DNA from: Actinomycetota bacterium
GTDB lineage: Bacteria; Actinomycetota; Acidimicrobiia; Spongiisociales; ZC4RG35
Direction: 5' to 3'
Assembly (NCBI GenBank): GCA_036745195.1
Contig: DAIOGO010000001.1
Location: forward strand, 40,252-90,934
Length of the DNA stretch: 50,683 bases
Shown here: positions 25,706 to 35,587 of the stretch, piece after piece
Layout of the letters: every line of letters begins with the position of its first letter
How positions within the stretch are numbered: the first letter of the stretch is position 1
Translations under genes and position numbers: made by a program
The notes under the pieces: model-generated
What the model saw: the letters and a program-made list of their open reading frames with translations, nothing else
Database searches by the model: none
Told to the model about the DNA's origin: nothing

Positions 25706-28288
25706 GTGAAGCTAGTAATCCGGGCGCTTGTCGCCGCCGTCATCAAAGCCCCCTGGTTCCTGATCGTGGGGGCACTCGTTCTCACCGGAGTGCTCGGGGC
25801 GCTCTCGACCGGCGCCGACCGGTCGACCGGACAGGCGGGGTTCGCCCCCGACAATCCCGAGATCGAGGCCTCCAACACCATTCAGGAGTTGTTCGGAGCG
25901 GATGCGGCCGAATCGGTGATGCAGGTCATCGTGCGCTCGGACAGCGGTGATGTGATCACCGCCGAGGCGCTGGCGGCCGTCGAGTCCGCCCTCGCCAACC
26001 TGAGCGCCAGCGATGTCGGCCAATCCCTCTCGGTTCGACCCGAGCGGCCCCAACCGTTCTTCTCCTACCTGGCCCCGGTGCAGTTCGGGGCCGAAGCCCA
26101 GGGGATCCCGACCGACGCCCTCACCGACGCACAGGTGAAGGAGATCTACCAGGGAACCCTGGCCAATCCCGATGCGGCTGCTCAGCTGGCCTTTGCCACC
26201 CAGTTGGTGGCCGACAAGGAGGATGACGGGCTCAACGAAGCCGGCTTGATCCTCGTCTTCATCGAAGCCGTCGACGGCAGCCAGGAGGGTGCAGTCGAAG
26301 CCCAGATCTCTCGGGAGCAAGCCGTCGCCGAGGCGCTCACGGCGGTCGATCTCCCTGCCGGACTCGAGATCCGGCCCTTCTCATTCAACCTGCTGTTCGG
26401 GGCCGGAGGAGACTTCGAGTCCGAACTGGGGCGGTTGTTCGCATCTGCGTTTGCGATCATCGTGGCGATCCTCATCTTCGTGTACTGGATGCGACCGGTC
26501 TCGGGTCGGGGCAAGGTGATCCGCCGATCGCTCGCCGACATGTCGGTCACGATGCTGACGATCGTCATGGCCATAGTGTGGATGCAGGGGATCGGAGCCA
26601 TCTTCCAGAACCTCGGTTGGATCGGGCCCTTCAGCGAGATCGCCCAGATCGTGCCGGTCCTGCTCATCGGTCTCGGAGTGGACTACGGGATCCACCTCAT
26701 CTCCCGTTACCGGGAGGAGGCGGGTGAGGGCCTGGCCGTGGCCGAATCGATCCGGTTGGCGATCGGCACCTCCGGCGTGGCGCTGACCCTCGCCACCCTC
26801 ACCACCGTGATCGGTTTCCTCACCAACGTCACCAACCCGGTCCCGGCGTTGAAGGACTTCGGCATCCTCTCCGCCGTCGGCATTTTCGCCTCTTTCGCGC
26901 TGATGTTGACCTTCGTGCCGGCGTTGCGACTGCTGTTGGACAAGCGGGCCGAGGCGAGGGGAACGCTTCCGGTGGAGGCGTTCCGCGCCTCGGCAGAGGA
27001 GCGGCTGCTGCCAAGGATCATGGAGAAGACGGCCGTGCTGGCCGAGCGTTTCGCCGTCCCCACCTTGGTGGTGATGGTGGCGCTCGGCGGGCTCGGCTAC
27101 TACGGGCTGTCCCAACTCGAAACCCGCTTCTCGTTCACCGACTTCCTCCCCGCCGACGCCCCCGAGGTCGAGACGTTCAATATCCTCAACGAAGAGTTCG
27201 GCGGCGGCTTCGGCGAAACCACCCAGGTGCTGATCGAGGCCCCTGAGGGTGGGGATCTGGCCACTCCCGAGGTCTACAACGCCCTGCGCCAGGTGGGACA
27301 GGACCTGGCCGGCGTCGACGACATCCTCACGATTCCGACGCCGTTCGGGGAGGTGGCGCAGGCGAACAACCCGGTGACGGTCTTCCAGCAGCTCATCGCC
27401 CCGGCAGAACCGGGCGGGATGCCGGCCAACCCTGAGTTGGCCCAGGCGGCAGTCGCCCTGGGCCTCCAGCCGGACGGCTCGGTATCGGCCGATGCCGACG
27501 TCGCCGGGCTGTGGGCGCTGGCCGCCGAGGCCGCCCCCGAGCAGATGACCAGGGTGGCTCATGTCGCCGGGGAGGGACGGGTCGACGCCATCCAGGTGGA
27601 GATCGGCACCCGGGCCGGCGAGCAGGGTGCCCGTCAGCTGCGAGAGAACCTGATCACTGCTTTTGCTCCGATCGCCGCCTTCGAAGGGGTGACTGTGACC
27701 CCGACCAGTCAGTCGATCATCTCCGACGTGGTGGTCAAGGCCCTCTCCGACTCGCAGGTGAGTTCGCTGCTCTACACGATCATCGCCGCCACCATCGTGC
27801 TCATCATCAACTTCTGGTTCGAGAACCGGCGCCCGTTCCTCGGTGTCCTCACCATGATCCCGGTGGCGCTGGTGGTGTTGTGGACGTTCGGGTTGATGTT
27901 CGTGAGCGGGATCCCGTTCGGGCCGGTCACCGCCACACTGGCGGCGCTGGCGGTCGGGATCGGCGTGCCATACACCATTCACCTGGCGAGGCGCTTCGAG
28001 GAGGACCGCAACCGGTTCGACAACATCGAGGACGCCATTCGCTCCACCACCAGACACACCGGTGGTGCCCTGGCCGGGTCGGCTTTCACCACCGCCGCCG
28101 GGTTCGGCATCCTGATCACCTCGTCGCTGACCCCGTTCAAGCAGATGGGCCAGGTCACCGCCTACGCCATCGGCCTGTCCCTGGTCGGGTCGGTGCTGGT
28201 GTTGCCGTCGCTGCTGGTGCTGTGGGAGAGGTGGCATCGCAAGCGCGGCGACCTCGATCAGACCCCCGAGACCGTCTCGGTGGCGTGA
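25706..28288 (+). CDS. MMPL / RND-superfamily (COG1033-like) membrane transporter
   Basis: ~860 aa with two blocks of 5-6 TM helices, each preceded by a large soluble loop. Conserved GVDYGIHLISRYREE and GVPYTIHLARRFEE motifs duplicate across the two halves. GTG 25706 after GAGG. Confidence 0.85.
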   Translation: MKLVIRALVAAVIKAPWFLIVGALVLTGVLGALSTGADRSTGQAGFAPDNPEIEASNTIQELFGADAAESVMQVIVRSDSGDVITAEALAAVESALANLSASDVGQSLSVRPERPQPFFSYLAPVQFGAEAQGIPTDALTDAQVKEIYQGTLANPDAAAQLAFATQLVADKEDDGLNEAGLILVFIEAVDGSQEGAVEAQISREQAVAEALTAVDLPAGLEIRPFSFNLLFGAGGDFESELGRLFASAFAIIVAILIFVYWMRPVSGRGKVIRRSLADMSVTMLTIVMAIVWMQGIGAIFQNLGWIGPFSEIAQIVPVLLIGLGVDYGIHLISRYREEAGEGLAVAESIRLAIGTSGVALTLATLTTVIGFLTNVTNPVPALKDFGILSAVGIFASFALMLTFVPALRLLLDKRAEARGTLPVEAFRASAEERLLPRIMEKTAVLAERFAVPTLVVMVALGGLGYYGLSQLETRFSFTDFLPADAPEVETFNILNEEFGGGFGETTQVLIEAPEGGDLATPEVYNALRQVGQDLAGVDDILTIPTPFGEVAQANNPVTVFQQLIAPAEPGGMPANPELAQAAVALGLQPDGSVSADADVAGLWALAAEAAPEQMTRVAHVAGEGRVDAIQVEIGTRAGEQGARQLRENLITAFAPIAAFEGVTVTPTSQSIISDVVVKALSDSQVSSLLYTIIAATIVLIINFWFENRRPFLGVLTMIPVALVVLWTFGLMFVSGIPFGPVTATLAALAVGIGVPYTIHLARRFEEDRNRFDNIEDAIRSTTRHTGGALAGSAFTTAAGFGILITSSLTPFKQMGQVTAYAIGLSLVGSVLVLPSLLVLWERWHRKRGDLDQTPETVSVA

Positions 28289-28294
28289 TCGCTC

Positions 28295-30733
28295 TCAGGC
28301 TCGCATCCGCGACCCGGCCGGATCGAGCACCGGGTGGGTGAGGAGACGGGCCGGGCGGCGGTGCCCGATGATCTCGACCTCGAACCCCTCGGTGCCCGGC
28401 GCCGCCAGCCCGGCCGGGACGTAGCCGAGGGCGAGGGACACTCCGCTGTAGTGGGCGTACGCCCCTGAGGTGACCCACCCCACGACGGCCCCGTCGTGCC
28501 AGATCGGTTCGTCCCCGATCACATCGGCCGGTTCGTCAGGGTCGGGATCCACTGCCAGGTACACCAGATGACGCTCGGGTCCCCGAGCCATCTCAGCCTC
28601 CAGGGCGGCTCTGCCGATGAACTCGTGGTCCAGCCTCAGGTACCGGTCCATTCCTGCCTCGAGCGGCGTGTAGATCGGCCGGTACTCGCGGTACCAGGTC
28701 CCGAACATCTTCTCCATCCTCAGGGACATGAGCGCCCGGAACCCGAAGAGGGCCATGTCGTGGGGGCGCCCCGCCTCCCACAACAAGTCGAAGAGCGCCC
28801 GCTGGTATTCGGGGGCGACCCAGATCTCGTATCCGAGGTCCCCGCTGTAGGTCATCCGGCCGACCCAGGCCGGGATCATCCCGACGTCGACCCGGCGAAA
28901 CGTCATGAACGGGAAGTCGGCCGTCGCGAGCGAAGTGGCGGTCACCGACTGGAGCACGTCTCGCGCCTTGGGCCCCGCCACCGAGAGGCCGACCAGGGAT
29001 AGCCCAAGTGCCCGGAACCGGATCGGGCTCCCCGCCGGCAGGTGGTCGATGAACCAACGGGAATGATGGACTTCGGCCGCCTGGGAGCCGAACAGGAAGA
29101 AGTCGTCCTCGCCGACCCGGGCCACCGAGAACTCGCCCACGATCCGGCCCTGCGGGTTGAGCATGGCCGTCAGCGAGACCCGGCCATGCGCCGGAAGTCG
29201 ATTGGTGAACAACCCCTGGAGCCATTCGGCCGTGCCCGGCCCGCTCACCCGGTACTTTGCGAAGTTGGAACACTCGGTCAATCCGACCCGCTCTCGCACT
29301 GCCCGGCATTCCTCGGCCACCACCGGGAAGGCGTTGGAGCGCCGGAAGGTCACCTGCTCGACCGGTTCTTCTCCCGGGCGCTGGAACCACAAGGGGTGCT
29401 CGAGACCGAACCCCGCCCCCCAGACCGCATTGTGCTCGGTGAGCCGGTCGTAGATCGGGGTGGTGTGGAGCGGCCTTCCGGCCGGCAACTCCTCGTTGGG
29501 GAAGGTGATCCTGAACCGTCGACCGTAGTTCTCGCGAACCTTGGCGTTGGTGTAGGCGAGGGTGGCGTAGTCGCCGTAGCGGGCGACATCCATCCCCCAG
29601 ATGTCCATCCCCGGGTCGCCTTCGGTCATCCAGGTGGCCAGGGCGAGGCCGACCCCGCCTCCCTGCGAGAGGCCGGCCATCACGGCGCACGCCACCCAGT
29701 AGTTGCGCAAGCGCCGGATCGGGCCAACCAGCGGGTTGCCATCAGGGGAGAAGGTGAAAGGCCCGTTGACGACACTCTTGATGCCGGCCACCCCCATCGC
29801 CGGGTAGTGCCGGAAGGCCACCTCCAGCTCGGGGGCGATCCGGTCGAGGTCGGGGGGGAGGAGTTGCATGTTGAAATCCCACGGGGTCTCCCGGGGCGAC
29901 CAGGGGACGTTGGCCTGTTCGTAGGTACCGAGCAACATCCCGCCCTGTTCCTGGCGGATGTAGATCTCTCCGGCGAAGTCGAGGGCCATCGGCATCTCGT
30001 TGCCGGTGGCCGCCACATGGGCGGCCACCTCGGGCATGTCCTCTGTGACGAGGTAGATGTGCTCCATGGCCAGCACCGGCAGCTCCAGACCGACCATCCT
30101 GCCCACCTCCCGGGCCCACAAGCCTCCGGCATTGACGACGTGCTCGGCGTGGATCGTGCCTTGATCGGTGATCACGTCCCAGGTCCCATCCGGGCGTTGG
30201 CCGAGGGCATCGACCTTGGTGTGCCGGTAGATCTCGGCACCGGCATTGCGAGCACAGATCGCATACGCATTGGTCACGCCGGTCGGGTCGACGTGGCCTT
30301 CGACCGGGTCGTAGAGCGCCCCGATGAAGTACTTCTCCTCGAGCAGCGGGAAGAGAGCCTTGGCCTCGGCGATCGAGATGATCTCCAGGTCCATTCCCAG
30401 GTAACGGCCCCGGGCCTGGGCCATCCGTAACCAGTCCATCCGTTCCCGGTCGCTGGCCAGCATCAGTCCCCCTGGCAGGTGGATCGAACAGCTCTGGCCA
30501 GAGGCCGCCTCGATCTCCTTGTAGAGCTGGATGGTGTATTGCTGGAGCTTGGAGACGTTGGGGTCGCCGTTGAGGGTGTGCATCCCGCCGGCGGCGTGCC
30601 ATGTGGAACCGGCGGTCAGTTCCTTGCGTTCGACCAGGACCACATCGGTCCATCCCGCCTTGGTCAGGTGGTACAGCACCGATGCTCCCACCACACCTCC
30701 GCCGATCACGACGACCTGGGTCGATGCCTTCAC
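28295..30733 (-). CDS. Dimethylglycine/sarcosine dehydrogenase-family flavoenzyme (DAO domain fused to GcvT folate-binding aminomethyltransferase domain)
   Basis: The N-terminus VVVIGGGVVGASVLYHL plus STWHAAGG (covalent-FAD His context) marks the DAO domain. The C-terminal ~400 aa is GcvT-like (YSGDLGYEIWV, GHRRPARL). GTG 30733 is preceded by GAAAGGA. Confidence 0.85.
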   Translation of the reverse strand: MKASTQVVVIGGGVVGASVLYHLTKAGWTDVVLVERKELTAGSTWHAAGGMHTLNGDPNVSKLQQYTIQLYKEIEAASGQSCSIHLPGGLMLASDRERMDWLRMAQARGRYLGMDLEIISIAEAKALFPLLEEKYFIGALYDPVEGHVDPTGVTNAYAICARNAGAEIYRHTKVDALGQRPDGTWDVITDQGTIHAEHVVNAGGLWAREVGRMVGLELPVLAMEHIYLVTEDMPEVAAHVAATGNEMPMALDFAGEIYIRQEQGGMLLGTYEQANVPWSPRETPWDFNMQLLPPDLDRIAPELEVAFRHYPAMGVAGIKSVVNGPFTFSPDGNPLVGPIRRLRNYWVACAVMAGLSQGGGVGLALATWMTEGDPGMDIWGMDVARYGDYATLAYTNAKVRENYGRRFRITFPNEELPAGRPLHTTPIYDRLTEHNAVWGAGFGLEHPLWFQRPGEEPVEQVTFRRSNAFPVVAEECRAVRERVGLTECSNFAKYRVSGPGTAEWLQGLFTNRLPAHGRVSLTAMLNPQGRIVGEFSVARVGEDDFFLFGSQAAEVHHSRWFIDHLPAGSPIRFRALGLSLVGLSVAGPKARDVLQSVTATSLATADFPFMTFRRVDVGMIPAWVGRMTYSGDLGYEIWVAPEYQRALFDLLWEAGRPHDMALFGFRALMSLRMEKMFGTWYREYRPIYTPLEAGMDRYLRLDHEFIGRAALEAEMARGPERHLVYLAVDPDPDEPADVIGDEPIWHDGAVVGWVTSGAYAHYSGVSLALGYVPAGLAAPGTEGFEVEIIGHRRPARLLTHPVLDPAGSRMRA

Positions 30734-30886
30734 GGTGGTCCTTTCTTCACGTCCCGCGCATTCTGGCACCCCATGTTGCTGCGAACCCTGGGTTCAGGGA
30801 TACACGTGGTGTCGTTTCCAGCCCACAGTTCGGGTTCCAAGGTCGGCGCCCGACTCCACTAGGTTGCTGGTGAGGAGGTTTCAGCC

Positions 30887-31372
30887 ATGCCCAGTTTCGA
30901 TATCGTCTCCGAGGTCGACCGGATGGAGGTCACCAACGCCGTCGACCAGGCCAAGCGCGAGGTCACCGGCCGGTTCGACTTCAAGGGCACCGACACCGTG
31001 TTCGAGTTCAGTGGTGACGAGATCTCGATCGAGTCGGATTCACCCGGTCGGGTGGACGCCGCCGCCGAGGTGCTCAAGATGCGTCTGGTGCGGCGCGAGG
31101 TGTCGCTCAAGGCGCTCTCGGGCGGCGACGTGAAGCCGGTGGGCGGCAACCGGTCGAAGGCCGTCTTCCTGATAAACGCCGGGCTGTCATCGGAGGCGGC
31201 CAAGGAGTTGTCCAAGATCATCCGTGACTCCGGCCTCAAGGTGCAGGCCCAGATCCAGGGAGACCAGGTCAGGGTGACCGGGAAGAAGCGAGACGACCTG
31301 CAGGCGGCGATCGCCGAGCTCAAATCGCTCGATTACCGGCTACCGCTCCAGTTCACCAACTTCCGGGACTGA
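30887..31372 (+). CDS. yajQ: YajQ-family nucleotide (c-di-GMP)-binding protein (UPF0234)
   Basis: MPSFDIVSEVDRMEVTNAVDQAKREVTGRFDFKG ... LPLQFTNFRD is a near-canonical YajQ. 161 aa. Confidence 0.9.
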   Translation: MPSFDIVSEVDRMEVTNAVDQAKREVTGRFDFKGTDTVFEFSGDEISIESDSPGRVDAAAEVLKMRLVRREVSLKALSGGDVKPVGGNRSKAVFLINAGLSSEAAKELSKIIRDSGLKVQAQIQGDQVRVTGKKRDDLQAAIAELKSLDYRLPLQFTNFRD

Positions 31373-31378
31373 CTCGCC

Positions 31379-31861
31379 CTACGAGGTGACACCGATCGCC
31401 GGCGGGAGGATCCCGGCCAGGAGGGTGTCCCAATCGGCGATGCCACAGCCATTGGTGCGGTCGATGGTGGCGTTGATCGGCTCGTCATCGATGGTACCGG
31501 TGAGCACGGCGACGTCTTCGCCGCCGTAGATCTCGGTGCAGATCTGGCCGGCGGGCGGTCCCAACACCAATCGGTCGATCACGGCAGGATCGCCGAACCG
31601 GGCGCAGGCGGCGGCGGCGTCGATGCCGGGAACCGCCGGGGTCACGGTGAAGGTGTCCCCGAAGCAGTCGAGGGTGTAGACGATGGGATCGATGCTGGGA
31701 TGGCTCACGGTGACCTGGACGGAGCCGATCGCCGCGTCCGCCCCCGGCATCAGCCGGGCAGGAACGGTCGTGGTCGGCGCCGGAGCTGTGCTGGCGGTCG
31801 AGTCCCCGCCACAGGCCGTCACCGCCAGAGCGAGCGTTGCGATGAGCATGAGTCGTTTCAT
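31379..31861 (-). CDS. Lipoprotein with possible subtilisin-inhibitor-like (SSI) domain
   Basis: ATG 31861 gives MKRLMLIATLALAVTACGG (signal peptide plus lipobox). The four-Cys pattern (LDC..x19..AAC, ICT..x30..NGC) and YTLDC / TNGC contexts resemble the SSI fold. The domain call is tentative. Confidence 0.6.
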   Translation of the reverse strand: MKRLMLIATLALAVTACGGDSTASTAPAPTTTVPARLMPGADAAIGSVQVTVSHPSIDPIVYTLDCFGDTFTVTPAVPGIDAAAACARFGDPAVIDRLVLGPPAGQICTEIYGGEDVAVLTGTIDDEPINATIDRTNGCGIADWDTLLAGILPPAIGVTS

Positions 31862-32039
31862 GTGAGTCCTCTCCGTTCTTTTCTGCGATTGTGACGCGCC
31901 CGGGGGTTCATTGGTTCCCGGCCTGGGCGGCGTGCGCCTGCCGGTGGCACACTCCAGGTGTGGGTTACCCGATTGTCGAGTACCGGTTCGGCAGCGCATG
32001 GCACCGGTGGCGCCCCCCTCGCCTCAGGGAGGCGGGCCG

Positions 32040-32396
32040 ATGACCCCCGAGGAGTTCTTCGCAGAAAGCCCATTGGGTTGGACGGTGTTCTCGAGGGTGG
32101 AGGACATTCTCGACGGTTTTGGGACCTTCGCAGTTCGAGTGACGAAGAGCCAGGTCGCCTTCCGACGCAAGCGAGTATTCGCCTTGTTGTGGATGCCGGG
32201 CAAATGGCTGGCCAGGCCGGCGGCAGAGGTCGTTCTCTCGGTCGCCCTGGGTCGGCGAGATGGGTCGGAGCGATTCAAGGAGGTCGCTCACCCGACCGGC
32301 AACCAGTGGATACACCACCTCGAGATTCGAACCCCGGACGACCTCGACCGGGAGGTGATCGGCTGGCTTCGAGAGGCTGCGGACCGCGCCTCGTGA
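32040..32396 (+). CDS. DUF5655-like small protein
   Basis: ATG 32040 after GGGAGG. 118-aa product with FAVRVTKSQVAFRRKRVFALLWMP...LSVALGRR pattern. The upstream part of the track ORF (31911..) was discarded. Confidence 0.55.
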   Translation: MTPEEFFAESPLGWTVFSRVEDILDGFGTFAVRVTKSQVAFRRKRVFALLWMPGKWLARPAAEVVLSVALGRRDGSERFKEVAHPTGNQWIHHLEIRTPDDLDREVIGWLREAADRAS

Positions 32397-32438
32397 GTCA
32401 ATCGCGACATGGCGCCTCTGGTCTGGGCCTGGCCCGGA

Positions 32439-32822
32439 TCAGAGGATCTCGGCCGGGAAGAGGCAGAAGGGGTGTCCGTCCGGGTCGAGCATCACCATCA
32501 CGTCCTCTTGCGGTTGATACTCGGCCACCGTCGCCCCACACTCGATGGCATACGCCACCGCCCCCGCCAGATCGTCGGTGGCAATGTCGAGGTGGGCCAT
32601 CATCAGCTGCTGACCCGGCCGCGACGGCCACACCGGTGGCGTGTATTCGACATCCTGATGGAAGGAGAGGGCTTGGAACGAGTCGTCGGCCCGCAGGATG
32701 ACCCAGCCTTCCTCCTCGTACCGCTTGGGCAAGCCGAGCAGCCGTTGATAGAAGCCGGCCAGTGCACCGGCGTCCCGAGTGCTGAGCACGGTCCCGGCGA
32801 GCTGGAGGCGGGGTTTGCTCAC
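32439..32822 (-). CDS. VOC (glyoxalase/bleomycin resistance/dioxygenase) family protein
   Basis: 127 aa, with FYQRLLGL...HLDIATDDL...MLDPDGHPFCLF typical of the VOC fold. Confidence 0.8.
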   Translation of the reverse strand: MSKPRLQLAGTVLSTRDAGALAGFYQRLLGLPKRYEEEGWVILRADDSFQALSFHQDVEYTPPVWPSRPGQQLMMAHLDIATDDLAGAVAYAIECGATVAEYQPQEDVMVMLDPDGHPFCLFPAEIL

Positions 32823-32841
32823 AGCCGGATGATAGGAATGC

Positions 32842-33300
32842 TCATCGAACTCGCCTGAGCCGGATCAGCTCGAACGTTGCGACGATGGGCGCTGCCAGCA
32901 GCACCGACAGGGACGTGATGTTTGTCCAGAAGTTGCCCGTGTCGCTGGCGAAGGGGTCGAGCCCGGTCATCACCGACACCCGGATCAACACCGACACGGC
33001 GGCGAAGAACCCAACGACAACGAAGGCACCCGCCACCCATGCCCACCGACGCGGACGCTCCGATCCGTGTCGCCACGCCACGCCGGCCAGGACGGCGTAT
33101 GCAATCCCGAGGCCGAGCGGCACCAGGGCCATCCACGTCAGACGTTGCATCCGCGTGCCGGGCTCATCCTCGAACAGCCCAACGATGCCAGAGGCGATCA
33201 AGGCCACCCCGAAGACACCTGCGAGGACAGCGACGGACCGGGCCGCCCTCGACGTCGATCCGGCCCCCTCGTCGAGGCGGGGAGTTGTGGTAACCGTCAT
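32842..33300 (-). CDS. Hypothetical integral membrane protein (4 predicted TM helices)
   Basis: 152-aa ORF with four hydrophobic stretches. GGAGG SD upstream of ATG 33300. No recognisable family. Confidence 0.55.
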   Translation of the reverse strand: MTVTTTPRLDEGAGSTSRAARSVAVLAGVFGVALIASGIVGLFEDEPGTRMQRLTWMALVPLGLGIAYAVLAGVAWRHGSERPRRWAWVAGAFVVVGFFAAVSVLIRVSVMTGLDPFASDTGNFWTNITSLSVLLAAPIVATFELIRLRRVR

Positions 33301-33550
33301 GGTGACCTCCTCTGGTCACCCTCAGCGTGGGCCGGGAGGGAAGGTGCTCACCAGAGGAATCCTCCCCGTTCGCGCATCTGCCACCCTCGGCCGGCGGCTG
33401 ACCGCCGTGTCGGGGAGATGAAGATGAGGCTTCGACCGGGCGACGAATCAAGGCCGACAGTGTCGCCCGGTCAGGCCGGGCACGTTCCGGTCAGCCAGCA
33501 AACTGCCGGGCATGTACCTCTAGAGAGGTGGTCCGCGACGGACCTACCAG

Positions 33551-33625
33551 TGGGCCCACCTGGACTTGAACCAGGGACCTCTGCCTTATCAGGGCAGCGC
33601 TCTAACCGGGCTGAGCTATGGGCCC
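33551..33625 (-). tRNA. ileT: tRNA-Ile (anticodon GAU)
   Basis: The reverse complement folds as a cloverleaf: acceptor GGGCCCA/TGGGCCC, D arm GCTC-AGCCCGGTTA-GAGC, anticodon arm CTGCC-CTGATAA-GGCAG, T arm CCTGG-TTCAAGT-CCAGG. 75 nt, CCA not encoded. Confidence 0.95.
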
Positions 33626-33727
33626 ACGTCGCCTGGCGACGGAGCGAGGAGGATAGCCCGGAAACCGATTCCAGGCTAAGCCGGATTCCGCCGACCCCTC
33701 CTGCCTCCGGTACCATGTCGGCTCCTC

Positions 33728-33800
33728 GGGGCTGTAGCTCAGCTGGCAGAGCACCTGGTTTGCAACCAGGGGGTCAGGGGTTCAAATCCCCTCAGCTCCA
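33728..33800 (+). tRNA. alaT: tRNA-Ala (anticodon UGC)
   Basis: Acceptor GGGGCTG/CAGCTCC with the G3:U70 identity pair, anticodon arm CCTGG-TTTGCAA-CCAGG, T arm AGGGG-TTCAAAT-CCCCT. 73 nt. Confidence 0.95.
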
Positions 33801-33822
33801 CCCGATGGCCGCCCGGCCGAGT

Positions 33823-34230
33823 TCACCCTTTCCGGGCGAGCAGCAGCCGCTCGGCCAGATCCGAGATCGACCAGTCCTCTGCGATCAGGCCGTCCTCGAT
33901 GCGACTCGTGACCATGTCGCGCCAAACGATCCCTTTGCCGGTGGCCGGGAATCCCCGAAATGTGTGGAAGTGGGTGGCTCGCAGCGTTCGTTGCCAGGCG
34001 ATGCGATCGCCCGCCTCTACCAGGATCTCGAGCTCTACCGCGACATCGGGGAAGGCCCGCCGGAGACCGGCGACGAACCCGCGAATCGCCTCGTGCCCGC
34101 CATTCATGTCGCTGTCGGTGAGATGGGCGACATAACCCGGGGCGAAGAAACGACCCACCGCATCGAGGTCGCCCTCGACGATGAGCACCTGGTTGGCGGC
34201 GCGGATCAGCGAACCGGCTGAAGAATCCAC
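33823..34230 (-). CDS. SnoaL-like / ester cyclase family protein
   Basis: GTG 34230 sits 6 nt after AAGGAG. The 135-aa product has FFAPGYVAH...GHEAIRGFVAGLRRAFPD...IAEDW, typical of the ester cyclase (NTF2-like) fold. Confidence 0.7.
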   Translation of the reverse strand: MDSSAGSLIRAANQVLIVEGDLDAVGRFFAPGYVAHLTDSDMNGGHEAIRGFVAGLRRAFPDVAVELEILVEAGDRIAWQRTLRATHFHTFRGFPATGKGIVWRDMVTSRIEDGLIAEDWSISDLAERLLLARKG

Positions 34231-34376
34231 GGCATGCTCCTTTGGTCGACCGCCCCATTCTGACACCGCCCGCCCAAACGACGCATGACGGATGGCACAC
34301 GACGGAACAAGGCCGGGGTCGGAGGGGTTGGCCCGGAGTAACATCTTTGATCCGAGACGTTTCCCAAGGAGCCCCC

Positions 34377-35552
34377 ATGCGCCCAGCAGTCATCGTCGAT
34401 GCGGTGCGGACCCCGGTCGCCCGTCGTAACGGCAAGTTCAAGGACATCCACGCCGTCGACCTCGCCTCGATCCCCTTGCGGGCGTTGGTGGAACGCAACC
34501 AACTCGACCCCGGTCTGATCGAAGACGTGATCTGGGGTTGTGTCATGCAGACGGGCGAGCAGGGTCTCAACGTGGGACGCAACGCCGCCCTTGCCGCCGG
34601 ATACCCGGAGGACGTCCCCGGCACCACCATCGATCGCCAGTGCGGCTCATCCCAGCAGGCGGCCCACTTCGCCGCCCAGGGGGTGATGGCGGGCGCCTAC
34701 GACATCGTCGTCGCCGGTGGGGTCGAGTCGATGACCCGGATCCCGATGGGGATCACCGCCCAGCAGGGCCCCGGCATCCCGTTTGGCCCGCTGATGCTGG
34801 AGCGATACGCCAACGGATTGGTCCCGCAGGGGATCTCGGCGGAGATGATCGCCGATAAATGGGGTCTCAGTCGTGGCGAGCTGGATGCACTCTCGCTGGA
34901 GTCGCACCGCCGGGCCGATCGGGCCACCGAGGACGGGCGATTCAACGCCCAGATCACGCCGGTCACCGTCGAAACCGAGGCGGGCCCAGAGATCGTCACC
35001 GTCGACGAGGGGATCCGCCGCGAGACCAGCCTCGAGAAACTGGCCACCCTCCAACCGGCCTTCAAGGTCGACGGAGTGGTCACCGCCGGCAACTCTTCCC
35101 AGATCTCGGATGGCGCCGCCGCCCTGCTCATCATGGCCGAGGACGTGGCCGAGAAACTCGGGTACACCCCGATGGCCCGCTTCAAGGCGTTCGCCCTGGC
35201 AGGGGTGGATCCGGTGATGATGCTCACCGGACCGATCCCGGCCACCGCCAAGGTCCTCGATCGGGCCGGGCTGGGGATCGACGACATCGATCTGTTCGAG
35301 GTCAACGAGGCATTTGCCGCGGTTACCGCCGCCTGGCGCAACGAGCACGGGGGCACCGATCCGATGGCGCTGTGGGAGCGAACCAACGTCAACGGCGGGG
35401 CGATCGCCCTCGGCCATCCGCTCGGCGCGTCGGGAGCGCGGTTGATGACGGCGATGGTTCACGAACTGGCCAGGACCGGCGGCCGCTACGCCCTGCAGAC
35501 GATGTGCGAGGGCGGCGGGATGGCGAATGCGACCATCATCGAGCGGATCTGA
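34377..35552 (+). CDS. Acetyl-CoA C-acyltransferase (thiolase)
   Basis: ATG 34377 after AAGGAG. Active-site Cys context IDRQCGSSQQA, plus NEAFAAV, GHPLGASGARL and CEGGGMANA. Confidence 0.92.
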   Translation: MRPAVIVDAVRTPVARRNGKFKDIHAVDLASIPLRALVERNQLDPGLIEDVIWGCVMQTGEQGLNVGRNAALAAGYPEDVPGTTIDRQCGSSQQAAHFAAQGVMAGAYDIVVAGGVESMTRIPMGITAQQGPGIPFGPLMLERYANGLVPQGISAEMIADKWGLSRGELDALSLESHRRADRATEDGRFNAQITPVTVETEAGPEIVTVDEGIRRETSLEKLATLQPAFKVDGVVTAGNSSQISDGAAALLIMAEDVAEKLGYTPMARFKAFALAGVDPVMMLTGPIPATAKVLDRAGLGIDDIDLFEVNEAFAAVTAAWRNEHGGTDPMALWERTNVNGGAIALGHPLGASGARLMTAMVHELARTGGRYALQTMCEGGGMANATIIERI

Positions 35553-35587
35553 CCCCCGCCCTGTCCGGGCGAGGGGCTGAGTAGCCG

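Noticed and set aside
26381-28237. 618-aa ORF antisense to the MMPL transporter
   Set aside because: The product is highly charged (Gly/Arg/Asp/His-rich) with no motifs. The plus-strand frame encodes a coherent 12-TM transporter.
30790-30844. Words GGGTTCAGGG and GGGTTCCAAGGTC upstream of yajQ, resembling the heptamer-array vocabulary
   Set aside because: These are two isolated words without tandem periodicity. They are too short to distinguish from chance, so they are not reported as a repeat locus.
33067-34221. 384-aa plus-strand ORF crossing both tRNA-Ile and tRNA-Ala
   Set aside because: It runs through two well-folded tRNA genes and is antisense to the SnoaL-like gene. It is spurious.
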